Sequence record: OQ845957.1
From: Escherichia phage pEC-M719-6WT.1
DNA length: 64,000 nucleotides
Reading direction: 5' to 3' (one strand)
The notes under the pieces were generated by a model, which saw only the letters and a list, made by a program, of their open reading frames with translations, was not told the origin of the DNA and did not search any database. The stretch's first letter is position 1; the number at the start of each line of letters is the position of its first letter. Below, one piece after another: positions 38,361 to 46,561 of this stretch. The translations under genes were made by a program, and so were the position numbers.

Positions 38361-38626
38361 GTCAAGAGACAGAACTGTTCTACACAGAAGGTTATCTACT
38401 TCTTCCAAGACCAAAAGATACTTACATGCGCATTGACTTTATGCCGATGGTTATGGATGATGTGATGTGCCATATCTTTATGAAGGGTATCACAACACAG
38501 TTGAAAGATACTGGAAGAGATTGCAAATTAAAGATTGACACTCATCCAGAAATCAAAGAGAATCACTACACATGGTTCTTAGAAGATAGCAAAGAAATTA
38601 TGGCAGTTCTCAAAACGAGGAAGTAG
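38357..38626 (+). CDS. hypothetical protein
   Basis: 89 aa ORF. Confidence 0.3.
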   Translation: MSQETELFYTEGYLLLPRPKDTYMRIDFMPMVMDDVMCHIFMKGITTQLKDTGRDCKLKIDTHPEIKENHYTWFLEDSKEIMAVLKTRK

Positions 38627-38784
38627 CATGTCAAGCAAAGAGAAGTTGATTAAACTCATTAAAGAATACGGTCAAGCACGTTACAACGTTGCTGGAGAAA
38701 GCTGTTGTGGTGATATTGACAGTATGATGATGTGGGAAGAAACTTCAGAAGCAATTCTACAACAAATTGAAGAGGTAATCTCTG

Positions 38785-39111
38785 ATGGAGTTGAACGGTA
38801 AAACCTTTGTAGCTGTCATTCAAGATAGTGAAAAAGATATTGGTGTAGCACAAGTCACATATGGTAACGGTGAGTTCCTTTATGGTGTTGTGGCAATGGT
38901 TGGTACAAGAGGTGACACACCAACCTTTCATGATTGTGTAGATAAACTCGAAGAGTCTGTCAGGAATTATTGGTGTCTTATCTGGATGAATGAGAAAGAT
39001 ATCAAAGAGCGATATGCTAAACTCGGTATTGACATTGCTGGCATAGAACATGTAGACTTGTATGAGTTGACAGAGAAAGTTCTCTTTGAAAAAGGTAAAG
39101 AAAATGGCTGA
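38785..39111 (+). CDS. hypothetical protein
   Basis: 108 aa ORF. Confidence 0.3.
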   Translation: MELNGKTFVAVIQDSEKDIGVAQVTYGNGEFLYGVVAMVGTRGDTPTFHDCVDKLEESVRNYWCLIWMNEKDIKERYAKLGIDIAGIEHVDLYELTEKVLFEKGKENG

Positions 39112-39304
39112 TTTTTGCAAAGACTGCTCTATCGAAATGTTTGGACGTGACACAGGAGACTTGAAAGGTCTTATCTCTGAAGAAGAGTTCAAAGCTGGTT
39201 ATGCTATGCCAACACTCTGTGAAGGTTGTGGTGGAATCTGGGTAGACCACGAAGGACAGCGCGTGAAGCCTTCTAAAGATAAAGAATCATGGGAGAAATG
39301 GTAA
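39086..39304 (+). CDS. small zinc-ribbon protein
   Basis: CKDCS...CEGCGG. Confidence 0.3.
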   Translation: MKKVKKMADFCKDCSIEMFGRDTGDLKGLISEEEFKAGYAMPTLCEGCGGIWVDHEGQRVKPSKDKESWEKW

Positions 39305-39305
39305 A

Positions 39306-40088
39306 ATGGGTATTGTAAAAGTCATCAAAGGTGATATCTTCGCAGACTTTGAGAAAGGTAAGTTTGATATCATCGGTCACGGTTGTAACTGTATGAATCT
39401 GATGGGTGCAGGTATTGCTGACAAGATTTCTAAGGGCTACCCAAAAGCCTATGAAACTGATGCTGAAGTCTACCGTGTAGCAGGAGGAAGAGAGCATAAA
39501 CCTTGTCAGAAACTGCTTGGTAAACTCTCTGTAGCACGTCTTAAACAAGGCCGTATTGCTAACCTGTACACTCAGTTGAAGACTGGTAAAGATGCTCGCT
39601 ATGATGCTCTTGAGAGCGCTCTGTTGAGCCTTAACCAGTACTGCAAAGTGAATAGACTGAAGAAAGTTGGGCTTCCAATGATTGGTGCAGGGATTGGTGG
39701 GCTTGACCCGAAAGCTGTTGTGGTGATTATGAATCACATCCTGAAAGATGTTGATGTTTACCTTTACGTGTTTGAAGAGGCAATGTTTAATACTCTGTCA
39801 ACATGGGGTAATCACAGTGAGCCACAATACTTTGCAGGTGTAGCCGTTGTCAACGAAGATGGAGTTACCCTCTTCAGGCATCGCCAGTACAAGGTACATC
39901 GGAGTAACCCTCCGGTTGAGCGAATGTCTCTAAGTAACGCTCAAGTTACCCCGCCGTTGAAAGGTAGTATGCAACGTGCAGTGACATTTGGAAGTGAACC
40001 TGATGTGTACATTCTTGCAGCAAATGAGAAAGATGCTGAAGCAATTATAGACATTTCTAATATCAAGTTCTTAGCTGCAAAGAACTAA
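39306..40088 (+). CDS. macro-domain protein (ADP-ribose binding/processing)
   Basis: N-terminal VIKGDIFADF...FDIIGHGCNCMNLMGAGIADKI matches macro-domain core; C-terminal extension. Confidence 0.6.
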   Translation: MGIVKVIKGDIFADFEKGKFDIIGHGCNCMNLMGAGIADKISKGYPKAYETDAEVYRVAGGREHKPCQKLLGKLSVARLKQGRIANLYTQLKTGKDARYDALESALLSLNQYCKVNRLKKVGLPMIGAGIGGLDPKAVVVIMNHILKDVDVYLYVFEEAMFNTLSTWGNHSEPQYFAGVAVVNEDGVTLFRHRQYKVHRSNPPVERMSLSNAQVTPPLKGSMQRAVTFGSEPDVYILAANEKDAEAIIDISNIKFLAAKN

Positions 40089-40157
40089 GAAACTCTGTAG
40101 CATATTCACAATAGACTAAGCCTTTCTTATCTGGTGAATTTTCAGGTAAGGAGGGCT

Positions 40158-40338
40158 TTTTCATTTTAAAATTGTGCAGGTAAAAGTCTGGACAGAAATC
40201 TGTAGAGAAAATTTTGAACTCCAAAGGGAAAATTCATTTTCAATTTGTGCAGGTGGACTCCAAAGAGATTTTTCATTTTCAAAACGTGCAGTCCCGGCGA
40301 GTGTCGGGCAAGAAAAATCATTTTAGAATTGTGCAGGT
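40158..40338 (+). repeat. four direct repeats of TCATTTTNNNAANTGTGCAGGT
   Basis: Copies near 40158, 40229, 40268 and 40314 in the intergenic region ahead of the small-gene array. Confidence 0.7.
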
Positions 40339-40516
40339 AGGTGGGTGCAGGTGGGGATGCCACCATTTCTCACAAGGCTACCACATCTGAAAAGAAAAGT
40401 CAACAGAAAAATTTGTAGTGGATTGAAAAATAATTCTTGATTGTAGTTCTGTTTTGTGATAGTTGCATGTGCCCGTCTCATTACAGTTTTTGCAAAAAAT
40501 ATTTTTAAAAATTTGC

Positions 40517-40545
40517 TTGACCTGTAAAACAAAGGCGTTTAGTAT
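40517..40545 (+). promoter_or_regulatory. sigma70-like promoter (TTGACC-N17-TAGTAT)
   Basis: Hexamers with 17-bp spacer, followed by GC hairpin and CCTAAACTGGAGA leader. Confidence 0.5.
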
Positions 40546-40594
40546 TTGCATCAGACGGGCAAGCAAGCCCACTTCCTAAACTGGAGATTCCAAA

Positions 40595-40801
40595 ATGTTA
40601 TATCAACGCCAATTGATGATTGTAGACAATAACAAGACTAAAAAGCGCCGTTTCTTTATGCTTATCTGTGACGTGTGGCAAAGAATATCAGAAAAAGATT
40701 TTGATAAGTATGTTGATACGTCTATCAAGTCAGATTGTTACTTGACAAATCACACAAGACAGTTTACAAGACATACAGCAATTTACTACTATGACGTTTA
40801 A
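40595..40801 (+). CDS. small hypothetical protein (leader-cassette gene 1)
   Basis: 68 aa; ATG 8 nt after conserved CCTAAACTGGAGA. Confidence 0.4.
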   Translation: MLYQRQLMIVDNNKTKKRRFFMLICDVWQRISEKDFDKYVDTSIKSDCYLTNHTRQFTRHTAIYYYDV

Positions 40802-40813
40802 AAGGTCTTGACA

Positions 40814-40975
40814 ATGATTAAAGAAGACTATGTAATAAAATACAAAGGTAGTGACGGATACACAAAAATAGGTCGCGTCTTCTACCTTTACAAGTCAGTT
40901 ACGGGTAATGACTGCATAGCTCTAACAAATGGCGACAAAATAACCATGAAAGATTTTATAAAAATTATTTCATAA
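40814..40975 (+). CDS. small hypothetical protein
   Basis: 53 aa ORF below track cutoff; no own cassette. Confidence 0.2.
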   Translation: MIKEDYVIKYKGSDGYTKIGRVFYLYKSVTGNDCIALTNGDKITMKDFIKIIS

Positions 40976-41059
40976 AGTACTTTACATGGGGTTTAGAGTT
41001 CGATAGTATAAGCCCCAGATAAAGAGCTTTACCAACAATCCTAAACTGGAGAATCTAAA

Positions 41060-41443
41060 ATGAAAAAATACTACATGCCTAAATTCATCAAAAAAGAAAA
41101 CTTTCGTGGTGCTCTGGAAAAATCTATGGGCGAACAATTCAAAGGCAAAATAATTGTTGTACACGCATATAATTTTAAGTATGATGTAAATGGTAACAAG
41201 ATAAACCACTATAAAGCTACACTGTTAGATGGTACACTCTCAGGAGAAAAGGCTGTTATCCATGCACTTGCAGGACGTGGTAAGACGCTAATCCGTTGCG
41301 ATAAACGCCGCTATCAAGGTAGTGCTTACGGTTATGAGGATGCAATCTATCATCTTGATAATATGGGTTACAACGTGGTAAAAGCTGGAGTATCCCAAAT
41401 GATTGGTAGTGATGGTTACGTAACAATCTTTGAAATTAACTAA
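41060..41443 (+). CDS. small hypothetical protein (leader-cassette gene)
   Basis: 127 aa; conserved leader at 40977-41059. Confidence 0.4.
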   Translation: MKKYYMPKFIKKENFRGALEKSMGEQFKGKIIVVHAYNFKYDVNGNKINHYKATLLDGTLSGEKAVIHALAGRGKTLIRCDKRRYQGSAYGYEDAIYHLDNMGYNVVKAGVSQMIGSDGYVTIFEIN

Positions 41444-41531
41444 TAAAGTGCTTTACATGGGGTTTATAAATTGCTAGTATAAGCCCCAGATAAAGAACTT
41501 TATCCAACAACCTAAACTGGAGATTCAAAAA

Positions 41532-41789
41532 ATGGCTACTATCAAAAACATCATTGTTACTGCAAAATCTCGTGATGATGCTCGCGCAACTGCTAAAAAA
41601 TTAAATGGTAAAGTGGTTGACAATGGTAAAAATTCTAATGTAAGATGGGGTGTAAAGACAGACAAAGAATTAACCTTGAAACATAGCTCTAAAAACCTGT
41701 TTAAAGGTGTACAGACTATCGGTAAAACAAATGTATTTACAAAACAAGGTTACAAAATGCACTTGGCATTAACTGACAATTTAATCTAA
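41532..41789 (+). CDS. small hypothetical protein (leader-cassette gene)
   Basis: 85 aa; conserved leader at 41447-41531. Confidence 0.4.
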   Translation: MATIKNIIVTAKSRDDARATAKKLNGKVVDNGKNSNVRWGVKTDKELTLKHSSKNLFKGVQTIGKTNVFTKQGYKMHLALTDNLI

Positions 41790-41879
41790 AAGTACTTTAC
41801 ATGGGGTTTATAAATTGCTAGTATAAGCCCCAGATAAAGAGCTTTACCACTAAACAATCCTAAACTGGAGAATCTAAAA

Positions 41880-42392
41880 ATGAAATTTGTTGAAAGTACC
41901 TTTGAAGTTCAAAAAGAAAAATTCACCATTATCTATGAGGCAATGAATATTTGTGAGCCTTCCCATTGTGTGGATAACTGGCAATTTACTGATGAGCATA
42001 AAGGCGGGGTTACAATCAAAGTTAAGAATGCAGAACGTAACAGCTACAAATATGCAATTCCCACACATTACACGCTTTCACAGCTTGCCAGTGACTACGC
42101 AAAACAGGGAAGGGATAACCCATCATTGGAAGCTTACAAGAGCTTACAGGATGAGCTAGAAAGGGATTTAGAAGCTAATAGCTATATCTTATATGCCTCA
42201 GTAATTGACGCAGAAGGAAACACGGTTTTAAATAGCTTTTCTCTTGCTTATGCCTTTGATTGGTGCTATCTTGACGGTGAAGATTTAGAGGAAAGATTAA
42301 AAGAGGAAGTAAGCAATTCAGACTCTGAAAAGGAAGTTTTAGAGCACTTGGAAGATTTAAAAGACAGTGTGATGAATATCTTTAATATCTAA
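41880..42392 (+). CDS. small hypothetical protein (leader-cassette gene)
   Basis: 170 aa, acidic C-terminus; conserved leader at 41790-41879. Confidence 0.4.
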   Translation: MKFVESTFEVQKEKFTIIYEAMNICEPSHCVDNWQFTDEHKGGVTIKVKNAERNSYKYAIPTHYTLSQLASDYAKQGRDNPSLEAYKSLQDELERDLEANSYILYASVIDAEGNTVLNSFSLAYAFDWCYLDGEDLEERLKEEVSNSDSEKEVLEHLEDLKDSVMNIFNI

Positions 42393-42485
42393 AATAAATT
42401 GCTTTACATGGGGTTATCAGGCTGATAAGATAGCCCCAGATAAAGGAGATTTATCACTAAACAATCCTAAACTGGAGATTCTAAA

Positions 42486-42782
42486 ATGTTTATCGCTGCA
42501 AATGTACGTTCCAAATTGAGCAAGCTTTTACAAGATATCAAATTTGTAGAATCTATGCGCCGCACTCATGGAGTAACGGAGTGGTATCATGGGAAAATAA
42601 ATGGTAAAGAAGTTGTTATTTGTATTTGGAATTTTTGTAAAGAATACAAAAAGCCGTTGCTTCAGGTGGATATCTATGATAATGCAAATAAAAGTTCTGT
42701 TAAGTCTACAAGGGATATGATAGATTCTTTTGAGATTAGCCACACTGGTAGACTATTTCACAAAGGAAAATCATCATGCTAA
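42486..42782 (+). CDS. small hypothetical protein (leader-cassette gene)
   Basis: 98 aa; conserved leader at 42395-42485. Confidence 0.4.
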   Translation: MFIAANVRSKLSKLLQDIKFVESMRRTHGVTEWYHGKINGKEVVICIWNFCKEYKKPLLQVDIYDNANKSSVKSTRDMIDSFEISHTGRLFHKGKSSC

Positions 42783-43099
42783 TTTCTGGAGTTGCCTTAC
42801 TCATTGCTATTTTAGCACTGTATAAATCATGTAAAGCACATCATGCGGCAAGTGATGCAATCACAAGACAAATCAATAATAAACTTGTGACGTCCTTTCT
42901 AGAGCGTTTAAACGTGGAACAATTGAAGCGCTTAGAGATGGGCTTCAGATTCAAGGCTGATACGTATCAGGTGGGCGACATTCTAAGCGGTGATTTTCAA
43001 TTGATTGATGATTATAACGCTTTATTAAATGCTTTAAATATCAGTGACTTGAAAGATTATCATGCTGTTATTGTTCACGAAATAAGCAAACGAAAATAA
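42776..43099 (+). CDS. small membrane-anchored protein
   Basis: 107 aa, N-terminal hydrophobic helix; overlaps upstream stop. Confidence 0.35.
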   Translation: MLISGVALLIAILALYKSCKAHHAASDAITRQINNKLVTSFLERLNVEQLKRLEMGFRFKADTYQVGDILSGDFQLIDDYNALLNALNISDLKDYHAVIVHEISKRK

Positions 43100-43114
43100 A
43101 TTACTAAAAAGGGA

Positions 43115-43143
43115 TTGCAAGACCAAACCAAAATAAGTAAAGT
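43115..43143 (+). promoter_or_regulatory. sigma70-like promoter (TTGCAA-N17-TAAAGT)
   Basis: Conserved -10 block TAAAGTACT shared across cassettes. Confidence 0.45.
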
Positions 43144-43194
43144 ACTTATCAACGGGGCAAGCAAGCCCCAATAACCTAAACTGGAGATTCAAAA

Positions 43195-43596
43195 ATGACT
43201 ACTAATCATGATATCGCTATTCTGAAAGCACGTTTGACCGTTAACCGCATTAATGCTATCACGTCAACCGCACCGGATGAGGTTTTACATAGCATTATCG
43301 GTAAAGTTCAAGGTGTAATTTTAGACGTAGAAAACATCAAAAATTCACTTGCAAACGTTGCAAATGGTGATACACTTGACGGCGCACAATATGAAATGGC
43401 TGATATGTTATCCAAATCAAAAGTGCTGAATAAAGAACTTGACTTGAAAATGTTTAGATTTGCTGTGAAAGTGTGGTTATCTGTTGAGTTCGGTGCAAAT
43501 TTTGCAATTTCTGATTTCTTTGCAACATGGTTGCAACGTAACCTGTCAAAACAAGACTTTGAAGATATCTGCGACACAATTTACGCAGAACTTTAA
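43195..43596 (+). CDS. small hypothetical protein (leader-cassette gene)
   Basis: 133 aa. Confidence 0.4.
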   Translation: MTTNHDIAILKARLTVNRINAITSTAPDEVLHSIIGKVQGVILDVENIKNSLANVANGDTLDGAQYEMADMLSKSKVLNKELDLKMFRFAVKVWLSVEFGANFAISDFFATWLQRNLSKQDFEDICDTIYAEL

Positions 43597-43603
43597 AAAA
43601 CGT

Positions 43604-43632
43604 TTGACACTAATTTTTAAATAGATTAAAGT
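43604..43632 (+). promoter_or_regulatory. sigma70-like promoter (TTGACA-N17-TAAAGT)
   Basis: Consensus -35 with 17-bp spacer. Confidence 0.55.
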
Positions 43633-43684
43633 ACTTATCAACGGGGCAAGCAAGCCCCAACAATCCTAAACTGGAGATTCAAAA

Positions 43685-44242
43685 ATGAAATGCTTTCATG
43701 GAACTACTCAAGAAAACTTTGCAAACCTGCTAAGTGGTGGAGAAAAACCTTCAGGGGCTTGGAATTGCACTGATAGTGATGGATGCTTTTATGTTTATCC
43801 TGAAAGCAAGCTTGACGACGTGGAAAACTTGGACGCAGAACAAATAACTGATGAGGGTATTAGAAACGCTCTGGATAGTGCAAGTATCACAGCGGCTTTC
43901 CAGATGAAATCACAAAAAATAGTTATCTTAGAGCTTGACATTCCAGAGGATGAATTACAAGATGACTGGAGTTGTGAGAACATGAGCGATGTTGCAAGCT
44001 TTACAGAATACTTTGATAAAGCTTGGATTAAAAAGATTTACACAACTGAATTTAATGCTATGTATGCACCGTTTTTTGTACCTAACTTGAACAATAGAAA
44101 TCTTGGCTATGTGCCTGATGAATTACGTAACATTGCTGTAATGGTTCAACGTAGCGATGAGATGAATAATGTCTATTGTGGCATTTTCGAAAATATGCAA
44201 TCTAACATCACAGAAAGCAATATAAACGACTTTACAGCATAA
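43685..44242 (+). CDS. small hypothetical protein (leader-cassette gene)
   Basis: 185 aa. Confidence 0.4.
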   Translation: MKCFHGTTQENFANLLSGGEKPSGAWNCTDSDGCFYVYPESKLDDVENLDAEQITDEGIRNALDSASITAAFQMKSQKIVILELDIPEDELQDDWSCENMSDVASFTEYFDKAWIKKIYTTEFNAMYAPFFVPNLNNRNLGYVPDELRNIAVMVQRSDEMNNVYCGIFENMQSNITESNINDFTA

Positions 44243-44305
44243 ACCATAGAATCATACCAGATAACCATAAAAGCCCCGCATAGGGGCTTACAGGAGCTTT
44301 AAAAG

Positions 44306-44536
44306 ATGCTTACAACAATCTATCTTATCCTTTCCTTGTCTAATGGTGCTGAATGGGACTTCAAAGGGCTTGAAGAGTTCACAGGAAGCAAGGAAAACGC
44401 CATCGCAGCCTGCCAAATAGCAAGACTTGACTACCCCGCCAGTGATGATATACAATGCTACTTCAAAACAGAGGATGAGGATTCTATTTATTTTGATAGT
44501 GTAGATGGTCAATATGAAATTCTTATAGAAAAATAG
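44306..44536 (+). CDS. small hypothetical protein
   Basis: 76 aa; preceded by hairpin and CAGGAG RBS rather than the conserved cassette. Confidence 0.35.
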   Translation: MLTTIYLILSLSNGAEWDFKGLEEFTGSKENAIAACQIARLDYPASDDIQCYFKTEDEDSIYFDSVDGQYEILIEK

Positions 44537-44565
44537 TTGACACTGAAAAACAAAACAAGTAAAGT
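44537..44565 (+). promoter_or_regulatory. sigma70-like promoter (TTGACA-N17-TAAAGT)
   Basis: Consensus -35 with 17-bp spacer. Confidence 0.55.
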
Positions 44566-44618
44566 ACTCATCAACGGGACAAACAAGCCCCTAACAATCC
44601 TAAACTGGAGATTCTAAA

Positions 44619-44960
44619 ATGGCATACGTAACAGTTATTACTGACAAAGAAAATTCCTCTTGGTCTACTCAGGTTAGCGACAAAATGACACCTATGCAGT
44701 GTCTCAAGTACTTTGAACAATGGAACCGTGGAGAAGACGTAAGCCCATTTCAAGTAATGAAAGTTGTACACGTTGATAATGACGGCAACAAAACAACTCT
44801 TAACACTGAATACTATACAACACGCTTTGAAACTAGAGCGGAAACCATGAAACAATTACGTGAAAAGGGTTATAGCCATATAGCGGGGTTAATCTGGAAT
44901 GATTTACTCCAACAACAAAGATTAACCTATGTCAAGCCTGAAAAAATCTTTATAAGCTAA
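44619..44960 (+). CDS. small hypothetical protein (leader-cassette gene)
   Basis: 113 aa. Confidence 0.4.
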   Translation: MAYVTVITDKENSSWSTQVSDKMTPMQCLKYFEQWNRGEDVSPFQVMKVVHVDNDGNKTTLNTEYYTTRFETRAETMKQLREKGYSHIAGLIWNDLLQQQRLTYVKPEKIFIS

Positions 44961-45144
44961 TCAGTAACTTACAAAAATCTTTGAAAAAACTGTTGACATT
45001 ACCCCTTGACAATAGTACATTTGTTCGAGGGGGTTTATCTAAAAGGATTCACTTAAAAGATTCTTTATAGATAAGCCTTGCAATTGCTTAAAAGATTCTG
45101 TATAGTTCTCTCAGTTGGTTAACTTCCTAAACTGGAGACATAAA

Positions 45145-45264
45145 ATGATTATCCTGTATATGATGGTACTCTCAGTAGTGACACCTTTCCTGCTTTTAGT
45201 AGCTAGTGAAATAGATGATAAAATCTTTGATAAAAAGCTTGCAAAGGTAAATCAAAACAAGTAA
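45145..45264 (+). CDS. tiny hydrophobic protein (leader-cassette gene)
   Basis: 39 aa, below ORF-track cutoff; ATG 7 nt after CCTAAACTGGAGA; single predicted TM helix. Confidence 0.3.
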   Translation: MIILYMMVLSVVTPFLLLVASEIDDKIFDKKLAKVNQNK

Positions 45265-45267
45265 AGT
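45239..45267 (+). promoter_or_regulatory. sigma70-like promoter (TTGCAA-N17-TAAAGT)
   Basis: Hexamers with 17-bp spacer. Confidence 0.45.
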
Positions 45268-45330
45268 ACTCATCAACGGGAGGGAATAAAACCTCCCAAT
45301 CTGATAAAATCCTAAACTGGAGAATCTAAA

Positions 45331-45858
45331 ATGAACAAGTCCACAGCAATCAACACTATCCGCTCGAAAGATGTAATGAAAAAACCTGTGAAAGACACTT
45401 TCGAATTTACTCTTAAAGATAAGTTGTTTGCAGTCATCACAAGAGGGGAAGATAAGAAATATTACATACATCGCCCAAATCAACAAATGTTAACAGCTAA
45501 CAACTTTATGAAAGCTGTTGCAATGATTCTACCGGACTATCTGGCTATTGTTGCAGAGATTCACGAAATGGCTATCAAATCAACTAAAAACGAGCTAAAC
45601 CGTTACAAAATGGCTTACGAGCGCTCTATCAAGTCTCATAATCTTTTTATTGCAATTCATCATACAGGGATGTATGCTATGGGAACGGGTAACCAACAAT
45701 ACCCGCTCTATGATGTAGAAAATCTCTTTACGGGGGATTATCCAACAACTAGATTCAAAGTAACGTTAGGGGAAGCATTGACTAGAGGCATCCGACTTTA
45801 CGAACAATCTCTAAAAAACTTAGAAAATTCACTTGACGAAACGCTAGCGAGTCTTTAA
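45331..45858 (+). CDS. small hypothetical protein (leader-cassette gene)
   Basis: 175 aa. Confidence 0.4.
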   Translation: MNKSTAINTIRSKDVMKKPVKDTFEFTLKDKLFAVITRGEDKKYYIHRPNQQMLTANNFMKAVAMILPDYLAIVAEIHEMAIKSTKNELNRYKMAYERSIKSHNLFIAIHHTGMYAMGTGNQQYPLYDVENLFTGDYPTTRFKVTLGEALTRGIRLYEQSLKNLENSLDETLASL

Positions 45859-45861
45859 AGT
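45833..45861 (+). promoter_or_regulatory. sigma70-like promoter (TTGACG-N17-TAAAGT)
   Basis: Hexamers with 17-bp spacer, overlapping 3' end of upstream gene. Confidence 0.45.
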
Positions 45862-45918
45862 ATCTATCAAGGGGAGGGAATGACCTTCCCCAACAATCCT
45901 AAACTGGAGACTTGAAAA

Positions 45919-46182
45919 ATGGAACACGTAGAACTGATTGAACTGTTAAAGATTGCCACCGTATCAGAAGATGTTTCTTTATTCCACCGTGTAGAATCCG
46001 ATATGTTTACAGGTGACTTTATCAAAGAGTCTTACGAAGTAGTCGGGTTTAAAGATAATCAAGTATTTGGGTTTTATGACTTGACAAAATCACAAGCAAT
46101 TGTTAAATATGACGTTTTATCTTGTGAGATTATCACAAAATATAATGAGAAAAGACTTGCAACCTATGCAGAGATGAATTAA
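45919..46182 (+). CDS. small hypothetical protein (leader-cassette gene)
   Basis: 87 aa. Confidence 0.4.
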   Translation: MEHVELIELLKIATVSEDVSLFHRVESDMFTGDFIKESYEVVGFKDNQVFGFYDLTKSQAIVKYDVLSCEIITKYNEKRLATYAEMN

Positions 46183-46246
46183 TATTATTTTCAACGGGGA
46201 GGGTAAAACCTCCCAATCTAAAAATCCTAAACTGGAGACTTCAAAG

Positions 46247-46498
46247 ATGGCAACTATCCGCGCAACTGTAAACACTTTTGGTTTTAACGTGTTAGATGTT
46301 AAGTTCGACATGGTAGGCACTGGTGATGCTTTTGGAATGGTTGAAATGTGCCTAAAGGCAACTATTCAGGACTATAAACCAACTGAAAACTTCTGGAAGG
46401 GAGTAAAACAGGAAGTCTTAAAAGATGGCGTGACGTCTTACTATTGGGGTGATTCTCTTATCACGCTTTACCATCAAAAATTTGGTTATAATGACTAA
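46247..46498 (+). CDS. small hypothetical protein (leader-cassette gene)
   Basis: 83 aa; last gene of array. Confidence 0.4.
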   Translation: MATIRATVNTFGFNVLDVKFDMVGTGDAFGMVEMCLKATIQDYKPTENFWKGVKQEVLKDGVTSYYWGDSLITLYHQKFGYND

Positions 46499-46540
46499 CA
46501 AGACGCCGCAACGGGGCAAATAGCCCCAGACCCTATACAA

Positions 46541-46561
46541 GCCCCTTCAATGGGGCTTTTT
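46541..46561 (+). terminator. intrinsic terminator closing the small-gene array
   Basis: GCCCC-TTCAAT-GGGGC hairpin plus TTTTT. Confidence 0.6.

Noticed and set aside
40977-46247. Possible CRISPR array suggested by regularly recurring ~60-90-bp repeats
   Set aside because: Units are of unequal length, each precedes a protein-coding ORF with a conserved SD/ATG, the 'spacers' are genes of 120-560 bp, and no cas genes are present; these are promoter/leader cassettes.
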